Numbered from the stretch's first letter, positions 23,150 to 35,632 are shown. The stretch: DNA of 64,000 bases from Flectonema sp. DT1601 (GCA_964019425.1 OZ025789.1:744001-808000), one strand, 5' to 3'. Notes: generated by a model from the sequence alone, not told the origin. Numbers and translations: made by a program.

Positions 23150-23453
23150 TTTAAAAGTGTAATATCTGTTGAAGTGAAATACAAATCAAAACTATCAAAG
23201 TGAGGATTAGATAAATTAACGACAACTTCCCTTGGTACTTCCTTCAGATATTATTATCTTGATCTGAAGAAATGAATAATTTAATAACAAGAATCCGTGG
23301 AGAAACACTTTAAATGATTTTATCCAGCAGACGGTAAAGACCAACAGGCTGACTGGTTAGATGTAGTCGACTGACTGAAGGATTGTAAATGAGGCATCTG
23401 ACATGACGTACATTCTTAGGTAATATTTGACTTTGGCCCTCTGCGTACGAAAC

Positions 23454-24236
23454 TCAAGTTGCATCAGACGTGTTAGGCCTGCGGCCATACCTCGCGAACA
23501 GTCTTTTCTTTGTTGGATTTATCTTAGTCTCTGGTACTTCTTCCTTCTTAGCGATCGTTGCATCGATGCATTCGTCAACGCGCTCTGCAGCTGCGTTTTG
23601 TTTTCCTCCTTCCCAAAGTTTTCTTTTACTAGTTCGCGATGATTTGACTGCATTCTGAGAAACATCAATCCCGGAGAGCATTGCAGTCGCTATGTTATCT
23701 GCGGCTGTGCGCTGATGCTTCTGACAACTTCCTCCAAAAGCAGTTCGATTGTCAATTGGGATGCCACACTTTTTCTTCTTACCGAGCTTGTCAGCAATAA
23801 CACGATTACAGAATCCGAGATGCCTCGTTGACCCGACAACAAAACAATTATCTGGTGAACTTGTTAAGTGAAATGACAAGTCTCTCGTGTATGGATTTAC
23901 TAACCTTTCGCCTATCGCATTAGTCACAATTATAACTGAGCTCACAGGGGGAATATTGCCAATGATTTTGATTTTTATTAATTTCTTTGCTAAGTCGCCT
24001 ACCGTCATGTATTTCTTGCTAACTTTTGTTACAACTCCGCAAAGACACCATCCGATGTTTTTCTTTAAGGAGATCGATTCGAGTGTCTCTATTTGATTCT
24101 CAACTTCACTAATTGACATCAATTTACATTTCATTAATAATTCTGATATCTCATCTTCTGACATTCGAGTGGCGTCAGGATCGAGTATTGAAGAGATGGA
24201 ACTCATTTTTTGTTTCTGAAGAGGTACGTCACACAT
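23454..24236 (-). CDS. MCM10: Mcm10-like replication factor (OB-fold + CCCH zinc finger), 260 aa
   Basis: WCLCGVVTK..VGDL OB-fold start, then VGSTRHLGFC..C..IDNR..CQKH zinc-finger pattern of the Mcm10 internal domain. Confidence 0.75.
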   Translation of the reverse strand: MCDVPLQKQKMSSISSILDPDATRMSEDEISELLMKCKLMSISEVENQIETLESISLKKNIGWCLCGVVTKVSKKYMTVGDLAKKLIKIKIIGNIPPVSSVIIVTNAIGERLVNPYTRDLSFHLTSSPDNCFVVGSTRHLGFCNRVIADKLGKKKKCGIPIDNRTAFGGSCQKHQRTAADNIATAMLSGIDVSQNAVKSSRTSKRKLWEGGKQNAAAERVDECIDATIAKKEEVPETKINPTKKRLFARYGRRPNTSDAT

Positions 24237-27200
24237 GTTGTCGAATTAGTTCATTTATTTAGTTCTGCAGAAAACAACATAAAATAACTGATGGGAACAC
24301 AACAAGAACATGATTCAATAGTCTGCTATTTGATGTGTTATTGTAGTAACCTGAAAAAATAGTAAAAAAAAAATGGATGAATTTTATGATAGAAAAACAG
24401 TCTCATGGGAAAAGTTCCGAGGGGTAAACAAGAAAACGTCCGTACTTTTGCAATTGGTAATAGGGACTGATAGGCGCTAAGAACAAGGAAATAATAACAG
24501 CACAGTACCAAACCTAGACGTCACATGAAAAAAAGAAACGAAACGAGCAGCGAAACACGAAAAGGAAGACTAGTCTTCAATTTTTTTTATTTTTGTCGTT
24601 CGATGGTAGTGTTGCTTCCTTAAGAAGTTTACTCGCACGGTTAGAGTAACTTGAGAAGAATAAAAAATAAGAATTTCGTTCAAAGAACACTAGAGGCTCA
24701 TTTACTAAGAAAATTTTAAAAAGATTAAACAGAGCGGAGATGTTAAGGAGAAGGAGAAGTTATTTATTTACTTTTTTTTTTTTTTTTTTAAATAAAAAAA
24801 GTTAAAAAATGTTTTTACTTACGGGGGTATCAGTCTCCACGCAATAGCGAGACTCTCCCACCGGAGGGAAAAGATACCGGCTGTTGTACTTTCATTAGTT
24901 ATGTAAAAGTTATGTCGTCGAGTTGGATTGAGAGAAAGAAAAAATATACTCATAAGCGTTGTGTGTTCAGCAGCAGGTGTGAAAATACAAAAAAAATAAA
25001 TAAAATTAAAAACATAATTGAGCCTTTGATGTTATTCGGCAAATCCTGAGAGTGAAGTATAATACAGCCTTACCAATTACTTGCAGAGTGATTGGCGCTG
25101 CTAGTCAGACGTCAGAAAACCCTTTACGAACACACAAAACGTTTTTGCTTTTTTCGCAGTTGCTGAGGCCGATTTAACCTAAGAGAGAAGTTGGCTTGGA
25201 TTAGTTTCATCGACGCAACTAGAGAAAAAGGAAAAGGGAGAAAAACACAAAAGGCCAAAAGACAAAGGAATTATGAACTGTTATCTATCGGGGTCAGTTA
25301 TATTTCCTTCTATTTCAAGGTGTGGATGCAAAAATTACAAAAAAAAAAATGCGTACACTTTTTCTTTTTTCTTTTTTCTTTTTGCACGGCAAGTGTGCAG
25401 CCAGAGTCGTGCCATTTTAATATTTCAAAGAAAACAAAATAAACGAAACGGAGACGTCGAATTGAGGAGCAGAGGTAGCCAAGTCACTCTTTCCTCCACC
25501 AGAGCGTTCCATATCAATAAAATAATAATAAAAAAAAAACGATCTGCGACTCTTCAACACAAAAAGTCAGTATACAAGAATCCATTATACTTATGCTAGT
25601 CTAACGGACTCGAGGTACTCTCAAATATCGCAGTATACTTTGTAGTTCCGTAATGGGGTTCCAATCAAGGAGCCTGTTCCCCTTCTCTGCGATAGAAGAG
25701 CTAGTGAGGAAATGAGATCGCGATCCGATCGATACAAAAGAATAGAGAGAAAAAAAAATAGTGGAGAAATAAATTAGGCAATTCTTTATTACCGAGATTG
25801 AAAAAAAAAGAACAAAAAAAAAAAAAATACTCAAAAAGAAAATGTAGGTAAACCCAATAGACTAAAAGGATATTATTTATTATTTGTTTATTGTAAGTAA
25901 CATAAGAATTTACCTATCTGAATATTAACAAACACAACTAACCGTTTAAAGGGACTACGTCATGCATAAGTGGGAGTTGAAGATAGGGAGATGAGAAACC
26001 TGAACTGTTTAGACGTTAGCACAAGGGTAATATGGGAAAAAGGTTATAACAAATAAACTGAAAATAGTTTGTGTTTGTGTGATTGTTTTTTTTTTTTTCC
26101 TTTTCCCCCATTCTTCTTGTCGCTCTGTGCAAGAAACCCGTTAAACGATTTGTTCTTTTCAAAAAAAAAAAAAAACGACACAAGTGAAATTTTTACACTG
26201 AAAAAAGCCTTCATAATAACTTCCCTGAAAAAGAGGAAATTTTAAAAGAAATTGGTCGTTAGCAGATCACAAACACACCAACCTTTCTAACTCCTCCTTC
26301 AGAGTTGGTGGAAAGATACAAAATCAGGCCAATATTGGATTGCTTGCTAAACGTAGACAAAACGTCTTACGATTTTTCACGAGTACATTAAATAAAAAAA
26401 AGGATCCCACAATAACCTTAATTGCGCGTAACATTCGTTATACACAATTTGGGAAAGTATAAAAAAGAAAATTTAAAAGCAAGCCGACGGGTTATTAGTT
26501 AGAAAAAGATAATACAACTCAGTCAAGGCTTTTGATTCCGCCTGCGAATACTTAGATCAAGTGGGAGAAACAAAGCAGAAGAGCAAAAGCCAATTTGAAC
26601 GATTTTGTTTTGCGTGTAGAAGTCGGCGAAGAATTTTTTTTTTTTTTTTTTTACATTTCTCGTGTTAAATTGATGAGAACAAAAGCATTTTTCATTGCAG
26701 TGAAAGCTGCAATAGATTCCATGGGCTGAGACACGGCTAAGTTTTTACTTTCGTTCTGATTTTTTGTCTAAGCAATTTTCACAAAAGAATTTACCCTTTT
26801 TTTTTTAAAAAAAATTTATATAATTCCTTTTCGTCCACTCTCGTCTTCACGGCACAGAATGGCAAAAAAAAAAAAAAAAAAAAATGAAAAAAAATGAAAA
26901 TCGCTAAAAAAAGAAAAGCAATATATTACAGCGCGGCCAATCAATGTAACAAAAAATCAAGGGGAAAACAAGAAAGACTTGAAGTGAAAAAAGCAAAACC
27001 GAAAAACCATTTAAAAGTGAACCTGACGAGGGTGCATAAGGCGTCGTCTACAGGTCTTATACCTGTAGCTTGGCTGAATTCCTCATCTAATAAAAAAAAA
27101 AGGGGGATTAAATTCGATGCGAAAAAAGGGGGGCAACTTAATACTGGGCGCAATTTGATACTATGATTAAATACAAAAAGGCAACTTGAAACTGGCTAAA

Positions 27201-27795
27201 ACGAATTTTGGGTTCGGCCAGGGTGGGGAAAATGAGCAAATAAGGTGAACAATAACAGCAAAAAAAGAATCGCCAACCTCCTTTCGTTGGAAACCACTAT
27301 ATACCATTCCACTAACTGGGAGCGTCATGAGCCATGAGCCATACAATAGAATACAAGGGTAGTCTTTTTGCTTATTCTCAAATAGAGAACAAACACTATA
27401 AAGGAAAAGTACAGAGTTCGATGCTGTTACAAATCCTCTTTTCGTTTGGAGTAGTAGTACTTTTGAGAAGAGATTTCAAAAAAAAAAAAAAAAAAAAAAC
27501 GCTTCCACATATTATGGTAGGGAACTTTGTGAAGAAACAAAACATAATTATTTAGAGTGATATCAAAGTTAGGTTTGAATCCACAAAATCATGGTCTCCA
27601 TGGGAGAGTAGCTATCAAGCTTGCTGAAGTACTCATAAAGTACAAACAAACCCGATTTCAAGGATAACCAGAAATAGACAAATAGTTATTTTGGATAAAA
27701 TTCATAATAATATTAAAAAAAGTCATTACATCTGCGAACAGTGACATTAAACAAAAAAAAAAAAATATCAGGAGACCTATTCAACCATCTCCACT

Positions 27796-27797
<2 letters not shown>

Positions 27798-27862
<65 letters not shown>
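27798..27862. repeat. T32 homopolymer followed by (GTT)11 microsatellite
   Basis: Directly visible. Confidence 0.95.
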
Positions 27863-27863
<1 letters not shown>

Positions 27864-28952
27864 TTATATTCTCTTTTTTGTGCATCACTGATTGTTAAAG
27901 CTGCAGTGCAGTAATATACGGTTGCTTAAAATGACAGATAAAACGTATGGGGGGGGCAGGGCAGAAAAAGACAAAATAACTGTGTATATACAAATCTTTT
28001 TTTTTTTTTTGAGCTGTAGTACAATTCGTTGAGACGGAATTAATTTTGTATTTCATCAGTTAAGTCTTTAAGATGAGGTAAGATTGCACCTCAGAGTAGA
28101 TCAATCATTTCAAGGATGCAAATAGCGACTCTCTCGCTGTGACAGGGGGGGGGTATTAGAATGAAGGCGACAAAAAAAAAAGAAAAAAAAAAAAAAAAAA
28201 AAGCTATAATGATAGCTCTCGACCATTTTTTTTTTTTTTTTTGTTGTGGTGTTTTGGCAGCAAAAGTTTGGACCCAAAAAGTAAAGTAATATAAAAAAAA
28301 AAAAAAAAACATATCGTCTACACCAGTAATTACCAGTAGACTAACGTATTTTTGAGTATTGTGTCGTATTGTTAGTAACTACCTCAACCTATAAGGAGGT
28401 CTGCCTGTTATTGCACACCACATTTTATTGTTTAGCTGAATTGCGAAAGCCGAGATTGGTAGCGCGCTTTATTCCACGATCACAATAATTTTTTTTTTTT
28501 TTTTTTCTTCTGTTGAGGTTTTGGTTGCAGAAATTTTAGTAGGGGTGTGAAAAAAAAAAATTTTTTTTTGAAAAAAGGAAAATCTATTTTGTGACCAGGA
28601 GGCAAATACAGAGCTTAATAAATAATAGAAAGGCTTCGTGCTGCTTAGAAGACAAAACTCTTTTTTATTGTATTTTAATAAAGACCAACACGGTAACACT
28701 GGTGATTTCAGTACCACTTCATCCAACCTTCTTCTAGTAATTCAGACGCAGCCATCATTTTTTTTATCTTTTTACTATAAACCCTAAAAGACCTAACGGT
28801 CCCATTTGCGGTCTTTTTTGAAATTTTATTTTTTGGCAAAGGGTAAATATACCAAAGGGGGTTAACTGTTCGATTTTGCATGTAAAATACAAATGTATCA
28901 TAAAAACAACATAACGGTAATTTAACATGAGTTCTGTAGATACAGTGACTCC

Positions 28953-29077
28953 AAGGGGGTGGTTTCCTGATAACTGTTGTCAAACTCCTACGAATTTTTC
29001 GTGGGATGATGCTGGAAACATCATCGCGATTCCAGTGGACCGAGGATGTGAACTTCGGTTTATTTCCACACTCCCTT
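28953..29077 (+). other. Candidate multi-helix structured RNA element
   Basis: Five helices visible by eye (see findings); no family recognised. Confidence 0.4.
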
Positions 29078-31405
29078 CTCTTGTCCGTTTTTTTCACAAA
29101 AATGCAAAAAAAAATTATCCTTTTTTTTTTTTTTTTTTAGTGTCAATTTCTCTTATTATATTATATATATATTTTTTTTTTGTGTCACAAAATAATGTCC
29201 TAAGGCTAGGCTGGGGGGGTGATAAGAAGAAAAAAAAAAGTACCTAAAAAACGCACATCTGTGCGGCGGTATAAACTTAGGGGGGTAAGCAGAAACTGTT
29301 AGACAATACTAACACCAGAAAACAAGAACCTTGTTCAGTACTTTTTTTTTGACTGCTACTTCGCTTATAGATGTGTAGATCATTTCTCATTAGTTTCCAT
29401 AACAAACCTTGAGGAGTAAGCGAGTAGCAGCTCTTCCAACAAAAAAGAGCGAAAAAGGAAAAAAAAAAAAAAAAAAAAAAAAGGAGAAAGAGAAAACAAA
29501 AAAACACAACACTTCTTATCTGTGGTATTTTTGGGTCACTAGAATTCGATAATTTCACTACGAAGAAAGCACTTTTCTAATAATCATCAACATGACATGC
29601 ATTAATGGTAACGAGAGTACCGTACCGTGAGGAGAGAACCAGTCAATTAATGTTTCTATCTTAAAAACTAAACAAATCTTATTTTTTGAGTGACCAACAA
29701 GAATGAGACTTCTACAGTAACGCGACCACATCAAAATACTGACGTCTGATTGATGTCGTCTGTCTTTTTTCATTTCAAAACAGCTCATTCCTTTTTTTTT
29801 TTTTGGTCTTTTTATTCACTTTTGCGATAATTTTAACCTTTACTGTTCTTTTGCGAACGAAATAATGAAACAACAAAAAAAAAAAAAAAAAAGGAGGAGG
29901 AGGCAAAATTGATTTCTTTTTGTACTATTATTATTATCAAGCTCAGGGGGGAAGTAAAACGGTTTGACCAGGTTATACGAATGTAAAACCTCTGTATTGT
30001 ATCAAAGTTAATTAATGAAATTAAGTTAGAATATGAGTTTGTTATAAAAAAGTGCACTAAAATAAAATATAAAAAAGAAAAGTTATAAAAACACATTGTT
30101 CTGCTGTTCCATAATACACTGTGGAATACGTAGTTTCAGGCCTTAATCTTATACTACTTGTCCCTCTTAGGTGAAATTAAGTTAGTTAGTTAGCTAGCAG
30201 AAATTAAAAAAGAACTCGTGACACAGTGACTAATAATGTTAATATAGGGTAACAATGGGAGGGGAGATTTAATGCGTTGCAAAAGGATCGAAGATTTTTA
30301 AACAAACTACGTTAACGAATATATTTCCATTTGAAAGTGATTTCTTAATAAAGGAGGGGAAAAAAAATCACTTTTTTTTGGGTGACCACTATTGTGTTTT
30401 TATCAACGTAAATACCACTTTCTCAATTGGGTTGTAAGAAACTGTTGCCTCCGCAATTAGATTGGTATAAGATCTGCTTACTTTCACGTGGTAAGTATCA
30501 ATTCGCAAGTGTTTTTAAAAAAAAACAAAAAAAAAAAAAAAGGGAAAAAATAGTTATAAACAAGAACTACGACAGTTCTATCATACAAAATAGTGTTACA
30601 CAATGCCTTTCGTGCTTTGCTTTATTCGGGAACGAACGCAAACCGACCTCATCAAAAAGGAAAGTTAAAGGAGGGTTACGTGTACTGCCATTACTAAGTA
30701 CGAAAAAAAAAAAAAAAAAAAATCAGGTCAAAAAAAAGATATAGAGGGAGCTCCCACCATCCTTGGCGGAACTTAAAAAATGGAGAGGTTATCGGAGAAT
30801 ATAACAGCAATTTATTTTTTTTTTTTTTTTTTCCCACATGACAGGAGATTACTTTTTGTCCAATTCCCCCTCCCATCCCCGTTTTTTTTTTTTTTTTTTT
30901 TTTAAATAAAAAGAAATAATGTACAATCGGAACTATTGCCCAACACAAGCAATAATTACAACATCTGTGAACTGAAGGACAGGTTAGTTATTGGTGTTAG
31001 TAGCAGCTCACGGAAATCTGATTCTGTGCGAGTCGTTAAAATTTTTTCATATTCACTGAAAGTGACTGTCTGTACTTAATAGTCAGAGTTTTTGAGACTC
31101 CAAAAAATAATAATTTTCGAATCACAACAACTTTCGCTAGTGTTTAGAGAGAACCATTGCAGTGAAGTTTCAGTTTCTTTCTATACGGGGAAGATCAAAA
31201 AAAAAAAAAAAAAAAAAAAAAAAAGAATAAATTGGTTAGCGCTAACTTTCTAAGAAATCAGCAGAGCAGAGAGGAGAACGAAAATAGCGTGAAAATCTTA
31301 CATATTTTTTTTTCTTTTTCTATTTTTTCCTTCCAGAAACGGTGGTAAGCTGTACAAAAAAAATAAACCAAAAAAAAAAAAAAAACCTATCGACCTTCCT
31401 TAGTA

Positions 31406-32482
31406 TTAGTTTTCATAAGGTAAGATGATTGATCTTGTTTTTGACATCACCTTTGACAGCATCTCATTGTTGTTATAACTCTTTGGAGGTGAGATACTCG
31501 ATGTTGTGATGTAAAAGAACTGTCCATTAACACCAGCGAGCTTTGGATTGTACATAAGATTTGTAATAACAGGAGCTCCTTCATCTGGATGAATAACAAA
31601 TGAATTGTGTTGTTGTTTCTCGGTATCAAGATATGAAAGAGACCTTGCAAGGTGAGTCGCAATACACCCAGGGTGAATTGGATTGATAACAATTCTATTT
31701 GTTGAGTTCTTCTCATTCCAAGAATCGAGTTCTTCTGCTACTCCCTTCGCAAACATAGCCATTGTGAGCTTACTAGTGGTGTAGGCGCTGTACTTGTTGT
31801 ACTGGTGCTCTGCGTCTTTCTTGTCGCTTTCGGCACAAAAACTATCTCCTTGAAGGTTACCAAAATAAGCCCCTGCAGAAGCAATAGATATGATACGTCT
31901 CTCTGAGAGTTCTGGATGTGGACATTCCTTAAACCACTTTACTATTAAATCAGTTAATAAAGCATGTCCTAAATGGTTAACTGTAAACTGTGATTCGTAT
32001 CCCTGCTTCGAAACGGCATACGGAGCAGCCATGATGGCAGCGTTGTTGATGAGACACTTCAGAGTTCCATTTTCAGACTCAATGTACTCCCTGGCTTCAG
32101 ATACGAACTTCTTTACAGATTCAAAGTCAGACACATCACAATTGATGTACTTCACTTCACCAGAGAACTCTCCGGCTTCTTCGCGGAGCTGTACTTCTGC
32201 GCTCATTCCTCTTTCAGTTGATCTGCAAGCCAATATTACACTCTCCCCACTGTTCATTGCTGCTCTTGCAACAGAAAGTCCCAAACCAGTGTTAGCACCA
32301 GTTATGATTGTGTACATCTTCTTCTTCTCTCCACTGACTTCTGCTGCGACAGGAGTTTGCCATTCCCTTGTGAATGCTTCCCTTCCAACACAGTGTTTGT
32401 CATACGCTGTAATATAGATACCTTGACCAAGGAATCTTACAACATCCCACATGTTAGAAAGTACATTACAAGGTGATCCCAT
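31406..32482 (-). CDS. Short-chain dehydrogenase/reductase, retinol dehydrogenase/WWOX-like (358 aa)
   Basis: ITGANTGLG, LACRS, NNAAIM, NHLGHALL, YTTSK, IHPGCIAT. Confidence 0.93.
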   Translation of the reverse strand: MGSPCNVLSNMWDVVRFLGQGIYITAYDKHCVGREAFTREWQTPVAAEVSGEKKKMYTIITGANTGLGLSVARAAMNSGESVILACRSTERGMSAEVQLREEAGEFSGEVKYINCDVSDFESVKKFVSEAREYIESENGTLKCLINNAAIMAAPYAVSKQGYESQFTVNHLGHALLTDLIVKWFKECPHPELSERRIISIASAGAYFGNLQGDSFCAESDKKDAEHQYNKYSAYTTSKLTMAMFAKGVAEELDSWNEKNSTNRIVINPIHPGCIATHLARSLSYLDTEKQQHNSFVIHPDEGAPVITNLMYNPKLAGVNGQFFYITTSSISPPKSYNNNEMLSKVMSKTRSIILPYEN

Positions 32483-33329
32483 GTTTTGTGTTTTGTAGTG
32501 GTAGTTAAGTAAAAGCTGTTTTGGGGAAGTAACACATGAAGATCATAACACCGTCAGGTCTAATTAAATACTCGAATTCTTATGTTTGATGTCTGTTGTT
32601 GAGAATGGAAACAATAAATCAAAAAAAAAAACAGTTAAAATTTTCAAAACACGGTACTCTTTCACTTTAACGCTAACAATACCAAAGAAGAACAAGGCAG
32701 GAACGAATCGCTAAAACAGGCCTGAAGCCAAAGACAGGCAAGAGCATGTAGCCACGCGCAGTCTCGAGTTCCAAAGACCGTTGCCTGCAAACGTATTTGG
32801 GAAGAGAGAGAAAATGAAGGAAGGGGTCTGTTGTCAACATGAGAACCTTTTCGCCGCAAAACGTCGGACCTACAAGAGGTTCTGGAACGCTGTGTGCAGA
32901 CAACAAGAATATCAAATCTTACTAACGGGGTATTAGTAATAAGACAAACAAACATATAAAAAGTTAATAAGAGTAGAGAGATTCACTGTAACACAAAACA
33001 CAAATAAGTTGATGTTGGTCTACAACATCTTTCTAAGAGTGAAAGGAAAGAGAAAGACCACCAGACAACAATATACACCAGTTGGGTTATTTAGTTGTCT
33101 AATGGGATAAAAATATTTTACAATTCAGGCAAGGCAGCTCTGAGCTAATCTGAGATAACGCTGTTGTTACAGACGTCTTGTTTAGATATCGAAAGGCAGA
33201 AAGAGGGGGCGGACATCTGTCACTCAAACAGCTGCTTTTCGACGAGATGATCTCTTCTTTTAGAAGGACACGTCATCAGGTCGAACAGCTTGTCTTGTAT
33301 CAAACAGTCACAGTCATATTGAAGTTACC

Positions 33330-34397
33330 TTACATAAATGACTTTATAGCACTTCTTGTCTTGTGCATCACATCAACAACTGTTGTTTGATTGAGACAAA
33401 GTGCAGGTGGTACTTCTTCAGAAGTCATGTAAAAGAACTTTCTAGAAATTCCTTCTAAAGTTGGATCATAACAAAGTCTAGTAACGAATGAAGCTCCTTC
33501 TTCAGCAGATATGATGAGAGTGTGACTAGCAAGCCAGCTAACTATTCCATTCATGTATGGAAGATCTCTACTAATAGAAGTTGATAAACAACCAGGATGA
33601 ATAGAATTCACTAATATCTTACTATTGGAAGTCTTGTTGTAACTACTGAGCTCATCTGATAATCCGTTAGAGTAGATCTTCATTGCTAACTTACTAGTTT
33701 GGTATTGATGATAACCGCAGTATGATGATTCACTTTCTTTATTACATGTCGTGTAATTATCAGCTGTGTGTTTTCCATAGTAAGCAGCTGCAGATCCGAC
33801 AATAATGATTTGTCTGTCTGTTTCTGAAGGATTGCTTTTGAAGTATTTAACCAGCAGATCAGTTAGCAAAGCATGTCCGAGATGGTTGCATCCGAATTGC
33901 ATTTCGTATCCTTGTGATGTTGTTCCGAAGGGACACGCCATTACTCCAGCATTGCATAGCAGTCTCTTTACAGTGCTGTTGTTATCCTTAAGAAACGCAG
34001 ACATGTTTTCAACAAAAGCTTTGACTGAGTTGAAATCAGATAAATCACATTGAATGAACTTAACGTCACCGCAATTCGAATTCCCTTCTTTTTCCAATTG
34101 CAATGCTGCTGCAGTTCCTCTCGCTTCAGACCTGCATGCTAATATAACACTCTCTCCAGTCGCTAACATTTGTTTTGCGAGTTCATAACCAAGTCCAGTG
34201 TTAGCTCCAGTAATAATATTGTATTGTTTCTTCTTATCGAAGTCTTTTGATTGCGCCTGCGGCGTTTCCCAAGTGTAAGAATATCTTCCAGTGAAGAACT
34301 TGTCGTAGATTGAAATAATAATTCCCTGCCAGAAGAATTCAAAAGACCTCCACAGATTCAAGAGGTTAGTGAGAAAAAACATATCAACACCTTTCAT
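33330..34397 (-). CDS. Short-chain dehydrogenase/reductase, diverged tandem paralog
   Basis: ITGANTGLG, CNAGVM, NHLGHALL, YQTSK, IHPG; first ATG at 34397 (track start is TTG). Confidence 0.93.
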   Translation of the reverse strand: MKGVDMFFLTNLLNLWRSFEFFWQGIIISIYDKFFTGRYSYTWETPQAQSKDFDKKKQYNIITGANTGLGYELAKQMLATGESVILACRSEARGTAAALQLEKEGNSNCGDVKFIQCDLSDFNSVKAFVENMSAFLKDNNSTVKRLLCNAGVMACPFGTTSQGYEMQFGCNHLGHALLTDLLVKYFKSNPSETDRQIIIVGSAAAYYGKHTADNYTTCNKESESSYCGYHQYQTSKLAMKIYSNGLSDELSSYNKTSNSKILVNSIHPGCLSTSISRDLPYMNGIVSWLASHTLIISAEEGASFVTRLCYDPTLEGISRKFFYMTSEEVPPALCLNQTTVVDVMHKTRSAIKSFM

Positions 34398-35149
34398 TGT
34401 GAGTAACCTAATTGAGGAAATGTTTAATTTCAATCACAAGATCGTATTTATATCTGTTTTCATATCACTTAATGGATCGCAAGCCACCATGAAATTTCAT
34501 AATCTGAAAAAGAATAAGAATGCTTTGACTAAAAACAAGTAAACTCACACTTTAGTAGTTTCGCAATTCGCAAGACAGCTGCCTGAAGGGTTTTTTTATT
34601 GTTTTGTTCTTTGCCATAGTAAGTTACTAATCAAAAAGGACAATAAGTAAACTGAAAGCCATCTGCTCTAACTTTCGATAGAAAGGTAAAGATCAGTACT
34701 TTTGTTTTCCAGTAAACCAGTTTCCTTGGGTGAGTTGCGAACTGTAACACATAAACCAACACTAAGGACTTTCCTCATGAAGAAAACACATCAGCTCAAC
34801 CACCTACAACTAATGTATTCATTTCTACGCAGCAGGGCAGCAACACTAAGCACACACAAATTGTTTTATTTATTTATTTATTAGTATTTCGGTTTTTTTT
34901 TTTTTTTTTTTTTTCAATCAAAATAAAAAAAAAAAAAACCGAGGGCAGGCAGGGGAAAACCGAGGAAAAGGCTGGGTAGGCAAATAGCTCATATTTCGTA
35001 TTAAAAAAAACTTAAAAAAATAAAATAAAATTCTTCTCTATATTAGGAAAATATGTGGGTAAAGTACACCAAACAAAAGGAAGCCAGAAAAGCGAATAGC
35101 ACACAACACGAACAGAAACAAACAGAAACAAAAAAATAAAATAAAAGAA

Positions 35150-35632
35150 TAGCGGGGATTTTTCTTATCGAGACGATAGCTACCATGTAAAAACATGCAA
35201 AGGAAACATTCATACCTCACATGCTTGTCGGGGCTTTTATTGTAATATTCAGATTAATTATCGGCGGATTACCTTTTCTAAATTTCGCGGCACGGAAAAA
35301 GCTAATTTTTTTTTTTTTTTTTTTTTTTTTTTGTGGAAAAATTGCGTAAAGAAATCTTTTTTTCCTTACGCAGACAGCCAGAGTCTGGTTTAGGAAAAAA
35401 AAGAAACAAAAAAAAAAAAAACAAAAAAAAGGAATAACAGCGATATTCTTATCAAAACAGTAGCTACAATAGGAAACATTCACACCCCACATGCTTGTAT
35501 TGTAGGGACTTTTTATTGTAATATTCAGATTTAGTATCGGGTTACCATTTTCTAAATTCACGGCACGGAATAGCTCTGAAGATTATTTTTTTCTTTTCTT
35601 TCTTTTTTTTTTCTTGCGGAAAATTGCGTTAA
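35150..35632. repeat. Degenerate ~275-bp tandem duplication in non-coding DNA
   Basis: Shared blocks aggaaacattca (35201/35471), ttttattgtaatattcagatt (~35235/35511), cggcacggaa (35288/35561). Confidence 0.85.

Noticed and set aside
28778..28788. Telomerase-template-like TAAACCCTAAA upstream of the pseudoknot-like element
   Set aside because: Only 8 nt match a TTAGGG-type template, which is expected by chance, and no other telomerase RNA features were seen.
28927..29247. + strand ORF with SH3-like RGWFPDN
   Set aside because: Isolated motif, and the ORF runs into poly-T; sequence bias is better explained by RNA structure.
33238..33278. SECIS or hammerhead ribozyme on the minus strand (ATGA-N11-AA-N19-GA; CTGATGA..GAAA)
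   Set aside because: SECIS helix II does not pair and the adjacent gene has no in-frame TGA. Hammerhead stems II and III cannot form; the motifs are buried in an ordinary hairpin.
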